This document shows, one piece after another, positions 62,112 through 64,000 of a stretch of 64,000 nucleotides of DNA. This DNA comes from Macrostomum hystrix (Eukaryota > Animalia > Platyhelminthes). The notes below the pieces were generated by a model. That model was given only the letters and a program-made list of their open reading frames with translations, searched no databases and had not been told where the DNA came from. Position 1 is the first letter of the stretch. Every line of letters starts with the position of its first letter. The stretch covers positions 558,001 to 622,000 of the forward strand of contig CATNEN010000035.1 of NCBI GenBank assembly GCA_950097015.1, in the 5' to 3' direction. A program made the translations under genes and the position numbers.

Positions 62112-62577
62112 TTGCTGCTGTTGCTGCTGCTGTTGCTGCTGTTGCTGCTGCTGTTGCTGCTGCTCCCAGGGTTTTATGAATTCTTCCTCTCTTGTTTGGC
62201 ATGGCGATCCTGTCATAGATACTATCACATAGTCCTGTGACTCAGTGCTCAAATTAATATTATCAAAGTCTTCAATTCCTGCCAGTTCTTGAAGTTCTTG
62301 TGACAGACCATGGTTAATTGAATACTGCTGCTGCTGCTGCTGCTCGTCCTGCTGATAAAGTTATTCGATTTTCAAATAAAAAATTAACTCTTTCATACTT
62401 CGCTGCTCTATTGCTTTTGCTCTTGTGTTTAATTCTTACAAAAAATTCTTACGTCTACTTCGAAAAGGTCCAAAATCAACTCATCGAAGCTTTTCTCCTT
62501 AGGCTTAGCCTTCTTAGTCTCTGTGGTTTGCAGCGATGACACAGTCACCAGGTTCAAGTGCGCAAATGATGCCGCGT
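61320..62577 (-). CDS. Divergent ETS-domain (winged helix) transcription factor with polyQ tract; exons 62453-62577, 61862-62351, 61542-61809, 61320-61461; more 5' exons likely within 62680-63300
   Basis: Phase-consistent junctions. GKLQVHQVVLFILL aligns with ETS helix 1 (IQLWQFLLELL); WQQVKGNRRKNYDTFARALR aligns with W-x-x-x-K...Y-x-K-x-x-R-x-L-R; RIYKL matches the terminal strand. Confidence 0.75.
61970..62165 (-). repeat. Coding (CAG/CAA)n tract, about 60 Gln
   Basis: Lies in frame inside exon 61862-62351. Confidence 0.9.
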
Positions 62578-63454
62578 CTAAAACAATTGTTAGAGTTAGC
62601 TTAACAGATTAATTGGACGCTATACTTGTCTACGTTCTTTAGGCCGTTAATAATGGCCGATTCCATATCAGATAGAAAGCGAAGTCGTTGATGCCATACT
62701 CGTACATACCCGTAAGCGATAATCGCTTACTCACCTTGACTCGTTGACATCTCGATTCGCTATTATATATTATATTGAAGTCTAACAAAGTGTTGTACCG
62801 TGTCGCGGGAAGTGCATAGTTGAAGAAGGCAGCACCTTGTTGGCTTTGAGGCACTATATATTTGCTTTGCTGGGTGTCTTTAAAACTGAAATGACGTCCA
62901 TCACAAGGTATTACCGCGCGACTGCCATGGCAAAATGGCGTAGAGCGGTCTTCTACCACGTAGAATACAATACAGCATTGGCTGTTAGACTCAGGGGTCA
63001 TGGCTATTCCATGGATTCCCGCTGAGAATATTTTCAACTCGGATTTTCCAAGGAGAGGGTACAACCTAGTATAAAAATAGCAATGACAAGTCCGAAATAG
63101 CTTGGGCAGCTAACTAAGAATTCACGAGTTGGTTGGGTTGGCATGGCGAAGTTGCGCGGTCGCTGTTTCTATTTTTAGATGATACGTGAGGGGCATATTT
63201 AGCGTAGAGTGTGCTGCCGCTCTGTGCCAGTTCATTTAAGGTCACTATGAAAAAACGCTATTAAATAATTTTCGCTTTCGGTTTAGCACATACGAATAGA
63301 TGAGCTAAGCAAACAGGTTTAAAATAAATATTATCTTTAAACTATAAAGACTGATAGCATTTTGAACTTTGAGAATTAATGTAACGATTTCTAGCTCTTG
63401 GATTAACCCATAGATCTCCTGGATTCATTTAAAATATCTCTTGGATCTGTACGT

Positions 63455-64000
63455 AGCTCTGGAATTAGCGTGTTAATCTCTGGGATTACTGAATGCATCT
63501 CTGGGATTACTGAATGCATCTCTGGGATTACTGAATGCATCTCTGGGATTACTGAATGCATCTCTGGGATTACTGAATGCATCTCTGTGATTACTGAATG
63601 CATCTCTGGGAGTAATGAATGCATCTCTGGGATTACTGAATGCATCTCTGGGATTACTGAATGCATCTCTGGGATTACTGAATGCATCTCTGGGATTACT
63701 GAATGCATCTCTGGGATTACTGAATGCATCTCTGGGATTACTGAATGCATCTCTGGGATTACTGAATGCATCTCTGGGATTACTGAATGCATCTCTGGGA
63801 TTACTGAATGCATCTCTGGGATTACTGAATGCATCTCTGGTAGCAATGAATGCATCTCTGGTAGTAATGAATGCATCTCTGGGAGTAATGAATGCATCTC
63901 TGGGAGTAATGAATGCATCTCTGGGATTACTGAATGCATCTCTGTGATTACTGAATGCATCTCTGGGAGTAATGAATGCATCTCTGGGATTACTGAATGC
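63455..64000. repeat. 21-bp minisatellite (CTCTGGGATTACTGAATGCAT)n, runs off the window end
   Basis: Direct reading. Confidence 0.95.

Noticed and set aside
63403-63981. EMHSVIP repeat ORF as a 5' part of the ETS-like gene
   Set aside because: It is a frame of the 21-bp array, ends in a stop, and has no convincing in-phase donor to the downstream exons.

Overview
Eukaryotic (animal, invertebrate-like) genomic DNA: short GT-AG spliced exons in introns packed with mini- and microsatellites. The style resembles flatworms such as Macrostomum, but that is inference only. Spliced genes rebuilt by hand with consistent exon phases: an Ig I-set protein, possibly neuregulin/Vein-like (minus, 2362-6206, candidate 5' exons to 15463); an unnamed coiled-coil protein (plus, 20526-22457, 5' end not found); ILF2/NF45 (minus); a type I membrane protein of fibronectin type II repeats with PY motifs (plus); an EHD-family ATPase (minus, 535 aa); and a divergent polyQ ETS-like factor (minus, 5' end unresolved). 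Mobile DNA: one intact, very young Ty3/Gypsy element (25868-32412; 384-bp LTRs with 1 mismatch, CATT TSD, tRNA-Leu-type PBS, -1 frameshift signal), three TIR MITEs, a decayed Tc1/IS630-type transposase and two tRNA-SINE copies. Most long ORFs in the supplied track are only reading frames through tandem repeats. The best leads are short motifs in the Gypsy Pol (a foamy-virus-like YNLRPR...KPNKYG tail and a QT/DSG/FFAT-like cluster), the FN2-only receptor, the divergent ETS domain, and tandem arrays that begin at splice donors. No prokaryotic system or CRISPR array is present.
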